This document shows positions 1 to 8,102 of a stretch of DNA of 32,000 nucleotides, one piece after another (position 1 is the first letter of the stretch; each line of letters opens with the position of its first letter). Location of the stretch: NCBI RefSeq assembly GCF_000619845.1, contig NZ_JHUX01000008.1, positions 120,001-152,000 on the forward strand, written 5' to 3'. Below the pieces are notes generated by a model that worked only from the letters and a program-made list of their open reading frames with translations, did no database searches and had not been told where the DNA came from. Origin of the DNA: Alkanindiges illinoisensis DSM 15370. Lineage in GTDB: Bacteria; Pseudomonadota; Gammaproteobacteria; Pseudomonadales; Moraxellaceae. The position numbers and the translations under genes were made by a program.

Positions 1-42
1 AACTGTGTACATACGTATGTACAAACTACCGGATTTAATTGA

Positions 43-1896
43 ATGTCATCTAATGCAAGTGATTCAAGTGTAAAAGATTTACGCAATATTGCCATTATTG
101 CGCACGTTGACCATGGCAAAACCACACTGGTCGACAAATTGTTGCAACAGTCTGGCGCGCTGGGCGACCGTGCTGGTGAAATTGAGCGTGTGATGGATTC
201 CAATGCGCTGGAAAGTGAGCGCGGTATTACCATTCTGGCCAAGAATACGGCCATTAAGTGGTTAGATAAGCGTACCAATCAGGAATACCGCATTAATATC
301 GTGGATACCCCAGGACACGCCGATTTTGGTGGTGAAGTAGAGCGTGTTATGTCCATGGTGGACTGCGTACTGCTGCTGGTTGATGCGCAAGATGGCCCAA
401 TGCCACAAACCCGCTTTGTAACCCAGAAAGCCTTTGCCCGTGGCCTAAAGCCAATTGTGGTACTGAACAAGATTGACCGTCCGGGCGCACGTCCTGACTG
501 GGTAATGGATCAGGTATTTGACCTGTTTGACAATCTGGGCGCCAGCGATGAACAGCTGGATTTCCCGGTGGTGTATGCCTCTGCACTTAATGGTATTGCC
601 GGTAATGACCCAGCCGACATGGCCGATGACATGACCCCACTGTTCCAGACCATTGTAGACATTGTTGAGCCGCCAAAAGTTGATATTGATGGCCCGTTCC
701 AGATGCAGATTTCCAGTCTGGATTACAACAGCTTTGTGGGCGTAATCGGGATTGGCCGTATCCAGCGCGGTGCAGTTAAAACCAACACCCCGGTGGTGGT
801 GGTAGATAAAGAAGGCAACAAGCGTAACGGTCGTATCCTGCAAATCATGGGCTACCATGGTCTTGAGCGCGTTGAAGTGCCAGATGCGTCTGCTGGTGAC
901 ATTGTCTGTATTACCGGTATTGATGCACTAAACATTTCTGACACCATTTGTGACCCGAAAACTGTTGAAGCATTGCCACCACTGTCTGTGGATGAGCCAA
1001 CTGTTTCCATGACTTTTCAGGTCAACAACTCGCCATTTGCTGGTAAAGAAGGCAAATTTGTGACCTCACGTAATATCCGTGAGCGCCTGGAACGTGAACT
1101 GATTCACAACGTGGCACTGCGTGTTGAAGACACTGATTCTCCAGACCGTTTCAAGGTGTCTGGCCGTGGCGAATTGCACTTGTCGGTACTGATTGAAAAC
1201 ATGCGCCGCGAAGGCTTTGAGCTGGGTGTATCGCGTCCTGAAGTGATCATGAAAGAAATTGACGGCGTGATGAACGAGCCGTTTGAAAACGTAACCTTTG
1301 ATGTGGAAGAACAGCATCAGGGCGGCGTGATGGAGCAAATGGGTAACCGCCGTGGCGAGCTGACCAATATGGAAGTAGACGGCAAAGGCCGTATCCGTAT
1401 TGAAGCCACTGTGCCATCACGTGGCCTGATTGGTTTCCGCTCCGAGTTCCTGACCATGACATCCGGTTCAGGCATCATGACTTCCAGCTTCTCGCATTAT
1501 GGCCCGGTTAAAAGCGGAACAGGGGCATCACGTCAAAATGGTGTGCTGATTTCCATGGCCAATGGCACTTGTCTGGCGTATGGCCTGTATTTCCTGCAGG
1601 ATCGTGGCCGTTTGTTTGCCGAGCCACAGCTTGAAGTGTATGAAGGCATGATCGTAGGCATTAACTCCCGTGGTGATGACATGGTGGTTAACCCAACCAA
1701 AGCCAAGCAGCTGACCAACGTGCGTGCCAGTGGTACGGATGAAGCGCTGACCTTGACGCCAGCCATTAAATTTACGCTGGAACAGGCGTTGGAATTTATT
1801 GAAGATGACGAACTGGTTGAGGTAACTCCAAAATCGATTCGTATGCGCAAGAAATTCCTGACTGAAAATGATCGTAAACGCGCTGGTCGTAAGTAA
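43..1896 (+). CDS. typA: Translational GTPase BipA/TypA
   Basis: 617-aa ORF with G-domain motifs [17 protein letters not shown] and NKID. Full-length EF-G/LepA-like architecture typical of BipA. ATG at 43. Confidence 0.95.
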   Translation: MSSNASDSSVKDLRNIAIIAHVDHGKTTLVDKLLQQSGALGDRAGEIERVMDSNALESERGITILAKNTAIKWLDKRTNQEYRINIVDTPGHADFGGEVERVMSMVDCVLLLVDAQDGPMPQTRFVTQKAFARGLKPIVVLNKIDRPGARPDWVMDQVFDLFDNLGASDEQLDFPVVYASALNGIAGNDPADMADDMTPLFQTIVDIVEPPKVDIDGPFQMQISSLDYNSFVGVIGIGRIQRGAVKTNTPVVVVDKEGNKRNGRILQIMGYHGLERVEVPDASAGDIVCITGIDALNISDTICDPKTVEALPPLSVDEPTVSMTFQVNNSPFAGKEGKFVTSRNIRERLERELIHNVALRVEDTDSPDRFKVSGRGELHLSVLIENMRREGFELGVSRPEVIMKEIDGVMNEPFENVTFDVEEQHQGGVMEQMGNRRGELTNMEVDGKGRIRIEATVPSRGLIGFRSEFLTMTSGSGIMTSSFSHYGPVKSGTGASRQNGVLISMANGTCLAYGLYFLQDRGRLFAEPQLEVYEGMIVGINSRGDDMVVNPTKAKQLTNVRASGTDEALTLTPAIKFTLEQALEFIEDDELVEVTPKSIRMRKKFLTENDRKRAGRK

Positions 1897-1985
1897 GCAT
1901 GTATTAAACCAGAATAAGCCCACTGCCATAAAAGCAGTGTGCCTACTGTAGTGCTAAATACGTGATTTTACGAAGTTAGCAAAAA

Positions 1986-2018
1986 CCACTTGTCTATCTC
2001 TTAGGCAGGTGGTTTTTT
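1986..2018 (+). terminator. Rho-independent terminator after typA
   Basis: 11-bp stem CCACTTGTCTA/TAGGCAGGTGG (two G-U pairs) with loop TCTCT, followed by TTTTTT. Confidence 0.8.
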
Positions 2019-2167
2019 ATTGTGTTGCAAAACTGTGTGAACCCGTTCCTTTTTTTGGCAAAAACATTACAGTAAAACCTGACACAGTATTAAAGCTGTT
2101 TTTAATTTAAATAACATATTGTTATGCGATAAATTTTCTATATGAAAACCATAACTGGAGTGATTGC

Positions 2168-2623
2168 ATGAGCATTCTGCAAGAATTTAAAGAGTTTGCC
2201 ATCAAGGGCAACATGATTGACCTGGCAGTGGGTGTGATTATTGGCGGTGCCTTTAGCAAGATTACTGATTCACTGGTGAAAGATATTTTTATGCCATTTA
2301 TTTCGTGGATTGTTGGCGGTGATGTGGATTTTTCCCAGTGGTTTATTGTGCTGGGCGATAATCCCAATAACCTGACATCACTGGCTGACCTTAAGGCGGC
2401 AGGGGTCAATGTGCTGAGCTATGGTAGTTTCCTGACCATTTTAATTAATTTCCTGCTGCTGGCATGGATCGTGTTCCTGATGGTCAAAGGCATTAACCGC
2501 CTGCGTCGCATTCATGCCAACAAGGAAGAACCCAAAAAAGCCGATGAAAAACCGGCACCGGAACCTGAAGACATCAAGCTATTGCGTGAAATCCGTGATC
2601 AGTTAAAGACCAAAAATAGTTAA
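2168..2623 (+). CDS. mscL: Large-conductance mechanosensitive channel MscL
   Basis: N-terminus [29 protein letters not shown] is the MscL signature. Two TM segments and a charged C-terminal tail. SD GGAG lies 8 nt upstream. Confidence 0.93.
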   Translation: MSILQEFKEFAIKGNMIDLAVGVIIGGAFSKITDSLVKDIFMPFISWIVGGDVDFSQWFIVLGDNPNNLTSLADLKAAGVNVLSYGSFLTILINFLLLAWIVFLMVKGINRLRRIHANKEEPKKADEKPAPEPEDIKLLREIRDQLKTKNS

Positions 2624-2633
2624 AATTTTCAAG

Positions 2634-2659
2634 AACGGCTGAGAAATCGGCCGTTTTTT
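2634..2659 (+). terminator. Rho-independent terminator after mscL
   Basis: Stem AACGGCTG/CGGCCGTT with a 6-nt loop, followed by a T6 tract. Confidence 0.8.
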
Positions 2660-2717
2660 ATTGCCAAGAGTTTTACCCGTTTTATACTGACTGCTTTGGG
2701 GCTTTCGTAAACTTATA

Positions 2718-3587
2718 ATGACGGAATTGCTGCTTGCGGCGCTGTGCAGTGTGCTGGTGTCACTGGTTTTAAAGTGGTCAAAATCGCAGGGTTTTACTGC
2801 AATTGCACTGATTAGCTGGAATTATGTAGCGGCCATTGGCTTGAGCGCTGTATTGCTGAAGCCGAATTTTAGCAGCCTACAGCATATCAACTACGGATCG
2901 TGGCTGGCCTTTTTGGCACTGGGTCTTTTGTTGCCTGTGATTTTTGTGACACTAGCCCGTTCATTACACCATGCTGGCCTGATTAAAACTGAAGTGGCAC
3001 AGCGTATGTCGTTGGTGCTGTCATTATTGGCGGCATTTTTGCTGTTTGACGAAAGCTTTAACTGGCTCAAGCTGCTGGGGATTGTACTGGGTTTGGGCGG
3101 CGTGCTGGGCCTGATTTTGAGTAGCAAAGGTAGCAGCAAGCCGGTTGGTGCGCTAAAGCATTCGAGTGGGTTATTGCTGGCGGTATGGGCAGGTTATGCC
3201 GCTGTCGATGTATTGCTGAAATATATTTCCACGCTGGGCTATTCTACCAGTACCGCCCTGTGTGCCAGTTTTGGTATTGCCTTGTTGGGCTTGTGTCTGT
3301 GGCAAGCCATACAACGCCAGTTGAAACTGTTGCTACAGCCCCGCCATATTGGGCTGGGGTTAATGCTCGGCACATTAAATTTTTGCAATATCTGGTTTTA
3401 CATCAAGGCACATCAGCAGCTGGCCAGCAATCCAGCCATCATTTTTGCCAGCATGAACATTCTGGTGGTCATACTAGGCGTTATTGCTGGGGTAGTGCTA
3501 TTCCAAGAAAAACTGAAAAAATCCGGCTGGGGATTTGTGGCTTTGTCACTCTTGGCGATTGTGGTGCTGTATTACGCTAAACTCTAA
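2718..3587 (+). CDS. Integral membrane protein, EamA/DMT-like permease (about 10 TM)
   Basis: 289-aa, very hydrophobic ORF with a two-half repeat architecture typical of drug/metabolite transporters. The family call is by eye only. Confidence 0.7.
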   Translation: MTELLLAALCSVLVSLVLKWSKSQGFTAIALISWNYVAAIGLSAVLLKPNFSSLQHINYGSWLAFLALGLLLPVIFVTLARSLHHAGLIKTEVAQRMSLVLSLLAAFLLFDESFNWLKLLGIVLGLGGVLGLILSSKGSSKPVGALKHSSGLLLAVWAGYAAVDVLLKYISTLGYSTSTALCASFGIALLGLCLWQAIQRQLKLLLQPRHIGLGLMLGTLNFCNIWFYIKAHQQLASNPAIIFASMNILVVILGVIAGVVLFQEKLKKSGWGFVALSLLAIVVLYYAKL

Positions 3588-3636
3588 CTTACCCTAAGTT
3601 TACAGATAGATTTTAGGGCTATTTTAAAGGCTGGCG

Positions 3637-4473
3637 CTATTTCAATGGCTGACAGCAGGGACAAAACGCACTGGCGCGCTGGCCCAGTTTCAGGTTTTCA
3701 AGTTCTGTATCGCAATTGATGCACAGTTCACCTGCACGACCATACGCCAGCAGAGTTTGCTGAAAATAACCGTTTTCGCCCATTGCATTGGTATAGTCAC
3801 GCAAAGTGGAGCCGCCCAGATCAATGGCCTGTTTTAGAATGCGCTTGATTTCCAGCACCAGTTTTTCAATTTCAGACATGGTGAGTGAACTGGCTGGCCG
3901 CGCCGGATGAATGCCGGTATTAAACAGGCTTTCGGTGGCATAAATATTTCCCACGCCCACCACCACAGCATTGTCCATAATGGCCACCTTAATGGCGGTA
4001 CTTTTACCTTTTAATTTGCTGGCCAGATAGCTGGCATCAAATTCATTATCCAGTGGCTCTGGCCCCAGCTTTGATAGCAGGGGATGCGTACCATTTTCCA
4101 GCCACAGCATGCAGCCAAAACGGCGCGGATCGTGATAGCGCAGTTCAGTGATTTGCCCTTCATTGTCAGTAAACTGCCCATCACTGAATTGTAAAATCAC
4201 ATGATCATGCTTGCGTAATTCATCCTGTGCATTGCAAATACTAAAACTGCCGGACATACCCAAATGCAATAGCAACGCATCCTGGTCAAAATGCGCCAGA
4301 ATATACTTGGCACGACGTTCTAGCCTGAGCAGCTTTTGTCCAGTCAGTTTGGATAAATCATCCGGCACAGGCCAGCGTAAGCTATGCTGACGTACCTGAA
4401 CATGGGTCACAGTCTGGCCCAATAAGGGTTGCAAACTGGTTTTGGTGGTTTCAACTTCGGGCAATTCAGGCAT
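3637..4473 (-). CDS. mutM: Formamidopyrimidine-DNA glycosylase (Fpg/MutM)
   Basis: Begins MPELPEVE (catalytic N-terminal Pro after Met removal). C-terminal zinc finger CINC...CPCC. I chose the ATG at 4473 rather than the upstream TTG at 4494 used by the ORF track. Confidence 0.93.
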   Translation of the reverse strand: MPELPEVETTKTSLQPLLGQTVTHVQVRQHSLRWPVPDDLSKLTGQKLLRLERRAKYILAHFDQDALLLHLGMSGSFSICNAQDELRKHDHVILQFSDGQFTDNEGQITELRYHDPRRFGCMLWLENGTHPLLSKLGPEPLDNEFDASYLASKLKGKSTAIKVAIMDNAVVVGVGNIYATESLFNTGIHPARPASSLTMSEIEKLVLEIKRILKQAIDLGGSTLRDYTNAMGENGYFQQTLLAYGRAGELCINCDTELENLKLGQRASAFCPCCQPLK

Positions 4474-4605
4474 AAAACGCTCACAGATCAACAACGGCTA
4501 TCACACGTTGTAACAGGTTTAGCAAAAACCGGCTTAGCAATAACAGATTTAATCCAATTAATATTGGTCTTAAAGTGAAAGAAAACAAGGACACTGTGCT
4601 CAAAG

Positions 4606-5226
4606 ATGCAAAAATCACCGACACCTTCCAATATTGCTATAAGTCAACCGGAACAAGTGTGTTCCAATGCAGCACAGGTTCTGGCGCATGACTGGTTTAG
4701 GCGCCCGACTGCGGTGGTGGCGGCTGATTTGATTGGCTGCTATTTATGTCGTCGTATGGATGATGGGCAGGTGGTTCGAGCCATGATTACTGAAACTGAG
4801 GCTTATCTAGGCGTTGGTGATGCAGCCTGCCATGCCTTTGAGGGGCGTCATACGCCGCGTACCAGTGTGATGTACAAAGAAGCAGGCACCATTTATGTGT
4901 ACCTGATTTATGGGCTGCATTATTTATTGAACATTGTGACCACCGAAATTGGCCAGCCGGAAGCGGTACTGATTCGCGCGGTGCATGTGCAAGGTGAACC
5001 TATCAAGACTGGCGCAGGGCCTGCCAAGCTGACCAAGCGGTTAACTATTGATAAGCGCTTGAACAATCACCTGCTGGGCGAGCAGGTTGGACTTTGGATT
5101 GAAAATAAAACCGAAGCCAATATTCCGGTGAGCGTAGCCAAGCGGGTAGGCATTGATTATGCCGGAGAAGCTGCGCACTGGCTGATGCGTTTTTACTGGA
5201 CAGGGCATGGGTCGGTGTCTAAGTAG
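4606..5226 (+). CDS. DNA-3-methyladenine glycosylase, AAG/MPG family
   Basis: Motifs FFRRPT..VAADLIG, ITETEAY and YVYLIYGLHYLLNIV are characteristic of the MPG (human AAG-like) family. Confidence 0.85.
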   Translation: MQKSPTPSNIAISQPEQVCSNAAQVLAHDWFRRPTAVVAADLIGCYLCRRMDDGQVVRAMITETEAYLGVGDAACHAFEGRHTPRTSVMYKEAGTIYVYLIYGLHYLLNIVTTEIGQPEAVLIRAVHVQGEPIKTGAGPAKLTKRLTIDKRLNNHLLGEQVGLWIENKTEANIPVSVAKRVGIDYAGEAAHWLMRFYWTGHGSVSK

Positions 5227-5293
5227 TGGTTTAAGGCAATAGTTTTAACTGCTGTCATTCTTGTATGGTATGAATCACTTGATGAGGTAAAGC

Positions 5294-6409
5294 ATGAGTT
5301 TGTTATTTAGCCCGATCCAGTTGGGAACATTAACCTTGAAGAACCGGATTATTGTCGCGCCAATGTGCCAGTATTCTGCTGAAGACAACGGTGAAATTAC
5401 CGCATGGCATCGGGCGCACTGGATGAACATGGCACTGTCTGGCGCTGGTTTATTTATTGTCGAAGCCACCACCGTGCAGGAAAACGGCGGCATTACTTAT
5501 GCTGACCTTGGGCTATGGAATGATCCGCAGAAGCACAAAATGCAGCAGGCACTGGCAGAAATCCGGCAATTTACACCTATGCCAATAGCCATTCAGCTGG
5601 CTCATGCCGGGCGCAAGGCCTCCACGGAAAAACCCTGGCATGGTGGTCAGCAAATTCCTGCCAATCAGCCGCATGGCTGGCAAACTGTGGCACCTAGTGC
5701 ACTGACTTTTGACCCTGAGGAGGCCTTGCCGCATACGCTTGACCTTGCAGGGATCAAACAGGTGCAACAGGATTTTGCCAAGGCAGCCCAGCGCGCTGTC
5801 GATGCTGGCTTTGAGTTGATTGAACTGCATTCAGCACATGGCTACTTGTTGCATCAGTTTTTATCACCGCTATCCAACCAGCGACATGATGAATATGGGG
5901 GTAGCCTGCAAAACCGCCTGCGCATGGTGCTGGAAACATTTACCGCCATTAAGGCAGCAGTACCAGAAGGTTTTCCGGTGGGTGTACGCATTTCGGGTAC
6001 AGACTGGATTAATGAACCAAACCGGCAAGGCTGGGATATTGCATCCAGTATTGCACTGTCTCAACAGTTGGAACAACTGGGTGCGGCCTATATTCATGTG
6101 TCCAGCGGTGGCTTGGACATCCAGCAAAAAATTGAAGTGAAGGACAACTATCAGGTGCCTTTTGCTGATGCCATCAAGCAGCAGGTTAACATTCCGGTGA
6201 TTGCAGTCGGCCTGATTACCAAAGCCCAGCAGGCAGAAGCCATTTTGCAAAACCACCAGGCAGATGCGATTGCTGTGGCACGTGCCATGCTGTATGACCC
6301 GCGCTGGCCGTGGCATGTGGCCGCCGAGCTAAAAGAAAAAATTGCCATTGCGCCGCAATATTTACGTAGTCAGCCGCACGGCTTAAAGAAATTGTTTGAA
6401 CCTTTTTAA
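5294..6409 (+). CDS. NADH:flavin oxidoreductase, Old Yellow Enzyme family (YqjM/XenA-like)
   Basis: N-terminus LKNRIIVAPMCQYSA, then HAGRKAS and ELHSAHGYLLHQFLSPLSN.R.DEYGGS, the classic OYE TIM-barrel motifs. Confidence 0.9.
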   Translation: MSLLFSPIQLGTLTLKNRIIVAPMCQYSAEDNGEITAWHRAHWMNMALSGAGLFIVEATTVQENGGITYADLGLWNDPQKHKMQQALAEIRQFTPMPIAIQLAHAGRKASTEKPWHGGQQIPANQPHGWQTVAPSALTFDPEEALPHTLDLAGIKQVQQDFAKAAQRAVDAGFELIELHSAHGYLLHQFLSPLSNQRHDEYGGSLQNRLRMVLETFTAIKAAVPEGFPVGVRISGTDWINEPNRQGWDIASSIALSQQLEQLGAAYIHVSSGGLDIQQKIEVKDNYQVPFADAIKQQVNIPVIAVGLITKAQQAEAILQNHQADAIAVARAMLYDPRWPWHVAAELKEKIAIAPQYLRSQPHGLKKLFEPF

Positions 6410-6414
6410 CGGCT

Positions 6415-6450
6415 ATAAAAAAGCGTGATATGACTTCACGCTTTTAAATT
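6415..6450. terminator. Bidirectional intrinsic terminator between convergent OYE gene and ygfZ
   Basis: Stem AGCGTGA/TCACGCT (6422-6428 / 6436-6442) with a 7-nt loop, an A-tract upstream and a T-tract downstream. Confidence 0.7.
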
Positions 6451-6462
6451 TTCAGCAGCGTG

Positions 6463-7203
6463 TTATGCTTCACGCCCTATATCGCCATTCAAGCCTTCTG
6501 GTAAGTCCAGCACCTGATAAATTGAAGCTTCTAAGGCACTAGGCTTTGCCACCACCAGTGCTTGCCAGCCATCTGCGCTTGCAATGGCATTCACCACCTG
6601 AATATCTTTGTCTAATTCAGCACCCCCAGCAGGCACATCACCAATCCCGGCACGAATCAGATGCAGCCAGTGCTTGGGCTTGGCGCGAAACCACAGGCGC
6701 GCAATGATTTCCTGCCCCAGATAACAGCCCTTGTCATAGTCAACACCACCACGCTGATGCAAACGCAATTCCTGTGGCTGAAACAGTCCTGCTGTTTGCG
6801 CCGTAATCCATGCCTGTCCTTGGCTAATGGCAGTGTGTTGCCATTGTTCAGGCTTTACACCTTGGTCATCGGTACTAAAGCTGGCTTTACCGTCAATAAT
6901 CGCCAAATGCACAGGTACTGCTGCGTCCAGTTGGAATTTTGAAAATGCACCATATTTTTTAATGTGGGCTTGCAGGGCATCACGCTGGTCGTCGGCCACA
7001 ATGACTTCAATGGATTCGGCACTGTATTTTTTTAGCCACAAGCCAAAATTAATGCGGCCTTTTAAGTCACAAATAGCGGTAGGACGATATTCATCGGCAC
7101 TGATAGCATTGACGTTTACTGTCACCTGTCCCTGCAAGAATTTTTCGGCATCCGGCCCTTGTAGTGTCAGGCGGCTAAAGCTTGGGGAAGCGCTTAAACT
7201 CAT
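6463..7203 (-). CDS. ygfZ: Folate-binding Fe-S cluster repair / tRNA-modification protein YgfZ
   Basis: GcvT-like fold with the diagnostic K-G-C-Y-x-G-Q-E motif (DKGCYLGQEIIARL). I chose the ATG at 7203, preceded by GGAGATAAC; the track ORF starts 27 nt upstream. Confidence 0.85.
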   Translation of the reverse strand: MSLSASPSFSRLTLQGPDAEKFLQGQVTVNVNAISADEYRPTAICDLKGRINFGLWLKKYSAESIEVIVADDQRDALQAHIKKYGAFSKFQLDAAVPVHLAIIDGKASFSTDDQGVKPEQWQHTAISQGQAWITAQTAGLFQPQELRLHQRGGVDYDKGCYLGQEIIARLWFRAKPKHWLHLIRAGIGDVPAGGAELDKDIQVVNAIASADGWQALVVAKPSALEASIYQVLDLPEGLNGDIGREA

Positions 7204-7361
7204 GGTTATCTCCAAAAAAATGGTCTGCAATTAGAATTGCTGGCATAAGATTTTGGTTATTTTTAACTTCAAGGTGACCAAAATCAGGGATTGCCGGAAT
7301 TCAACCGTGACTCAATGAAATCATGCTGTATAGCCTATACCTAAACAGTTGGGGATACTGC

Positions 7362-7397
7362 CTGAAAACTCAACAATCTGCTCAAATTGTAGTTGAG
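7362..7397 (-). terminator. Putative terminator of the 7432-7824 membrane-protein gene
   Basis: On the minus strand, stem CTCAAC/GTTGAG (7392-7397 / 7369-7374) with an inner ATT/AAT extension, followed by TTTTC. Confidence 0.4.
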
Positions 7398-7431
7398 GAT
7401 GTGAGTTTAAACAGGTCTGCTGGGATTGAGG

Positions 7432-7824
7432 CTAAAGTTGTGCCAGTACAAAAACCAGTTTAACCAGTCCACATAGCATGACGATAAAGGGCTGGAGCAG
7501 CAACCAGCCAAAAGCCATCCAGCCAGCAGCGCCATCAATCCGCTGGGCTTTTGTTTCAAGATAAAATACCAGTGCCAGCAGGGTTAAATCGGCAAGTGCC
7601 AATGCCAGCCACCAGCCAAAACCGGCCTGCATCAGCAGCCAGTAATTCACTGCCATGACGGGTGCCCATACCATGCCACAAAGGGCCAGTAGCGCCAGTA
7701 GGGGAGAGGTTTTTGCCTTAGCATGTGGCGGGCTGTTTTTGTTGTGACGCCGGATAAACTGCTGGCCCAGCACGGCTACTGTAAACAGTGCAGCCAGTGT
7801 GCCCAGCACAAGGGTTGAAGGCAT
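7432..7824 (-). CDS. Hypothetical inner-membrane protein (4 predicted TM)
   Basis: Hydrophobic ORF with no recognisable family. The start is ambiguous: ATG at 7824 or TTG at 7842, neither with a clear SD. Confidence 0.55.
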   Translation of the reverse strand: MPSTLVLGTLAALFTVAVLGQQFIRRHNKNSPPHAKAKTSPLLALLALCGMVWAPVMAVNYWLLMQAGFGWWLALALADLTLLALVFYLETKAQRIDGAAGWMAFGWLLLQPFIVMLCGLVKLVFVLAQL

Positions 7825-7952
7825 GTATCTATCGTTATGCAATGATCTAGCGATAGTCTAGCAAGTAATCAAGCGGATAATAAGTAACCAGTTAATCAAT
7901 AGGTGGTTTTATCGAAAATTCCAGTTAAATTTGCCAAAATAAGAAATAGAGT

Positions 7953-8000
7953 AAAAAACCTAAGAATATGTAACTAAATATTTCAAAAGCTAGGTTTTTT
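7953..8000. other. AT-rich long hairpin flanked by A- and T-tracts in a divergent intergenic region
   Basis: AAAAAACCTA (7953-7962) pairs with TAGGTTTTTT (7991-8000). An inner AATAT/ATATT pairing lies within the 28-nt loop. Confidence 0.3.
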
Positions 8001-8028
8001 AGGGGTAAATCTATGATAAATATAAAAT

Positions 8029-8058
8029 TTGGGAAACGCTATTCGCGCAGAGTACAAT
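8029..8058 (+). promoter_or_regulatory. Candidate sigma70 promoter for acnD
   Basis: TTGGGA (8029-8034), an 18-nt spacer, then TACAAT (8053-8058), about 45 nt upstream of the ATG at 8103. Confidence 0.35.
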
Positions 8059-8102
8059 ATGCACCATTGATAACACCGAGCCACTGGATTAACCCCCTAG
8101 CC

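Noticed and set aside
445-858. Many 60-290-aa ORFs lying antisense to, or out of frame within, recognised genes. Examples: 445-858, 1528-1929, 5870-6316, 9092-9637, 18907-19446, 23632-24507, 27072-27461, 29539-29841.
   Set aside because: Each lies entirely inside a strongly recognisable gene on the other strand or in another frame. Their composition is skewed and low-complexity (Arg/His/Cys-rich), they lack an SD, and no family is recognisable. They are typical shadow ORFs.
7241-7257. A sigma54-like TGGCAT-N5-TTTGG upstream of ygfZ.
   Set aside because: It is on the plus strand, where no gene follows. The GC dinucleotide of the -12 element is absent at the required spacing from the GG.
8013-8102. 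An in-frame upstream ATG (8013) with an AGGGG SD would add 30 aa (MINIKFGKRYSRRVQYAPLITPSHWINPLA) to AcnD.
   Set aside because: AcnD homologues I recall begin at MNTxYRKxLPGT. The extension is basic, low-complexity and AT-rich. A plausible promoter (8029-8058) lies inside it. I keep it as an alternative because the ATG at 8103 lacks a clear SD.
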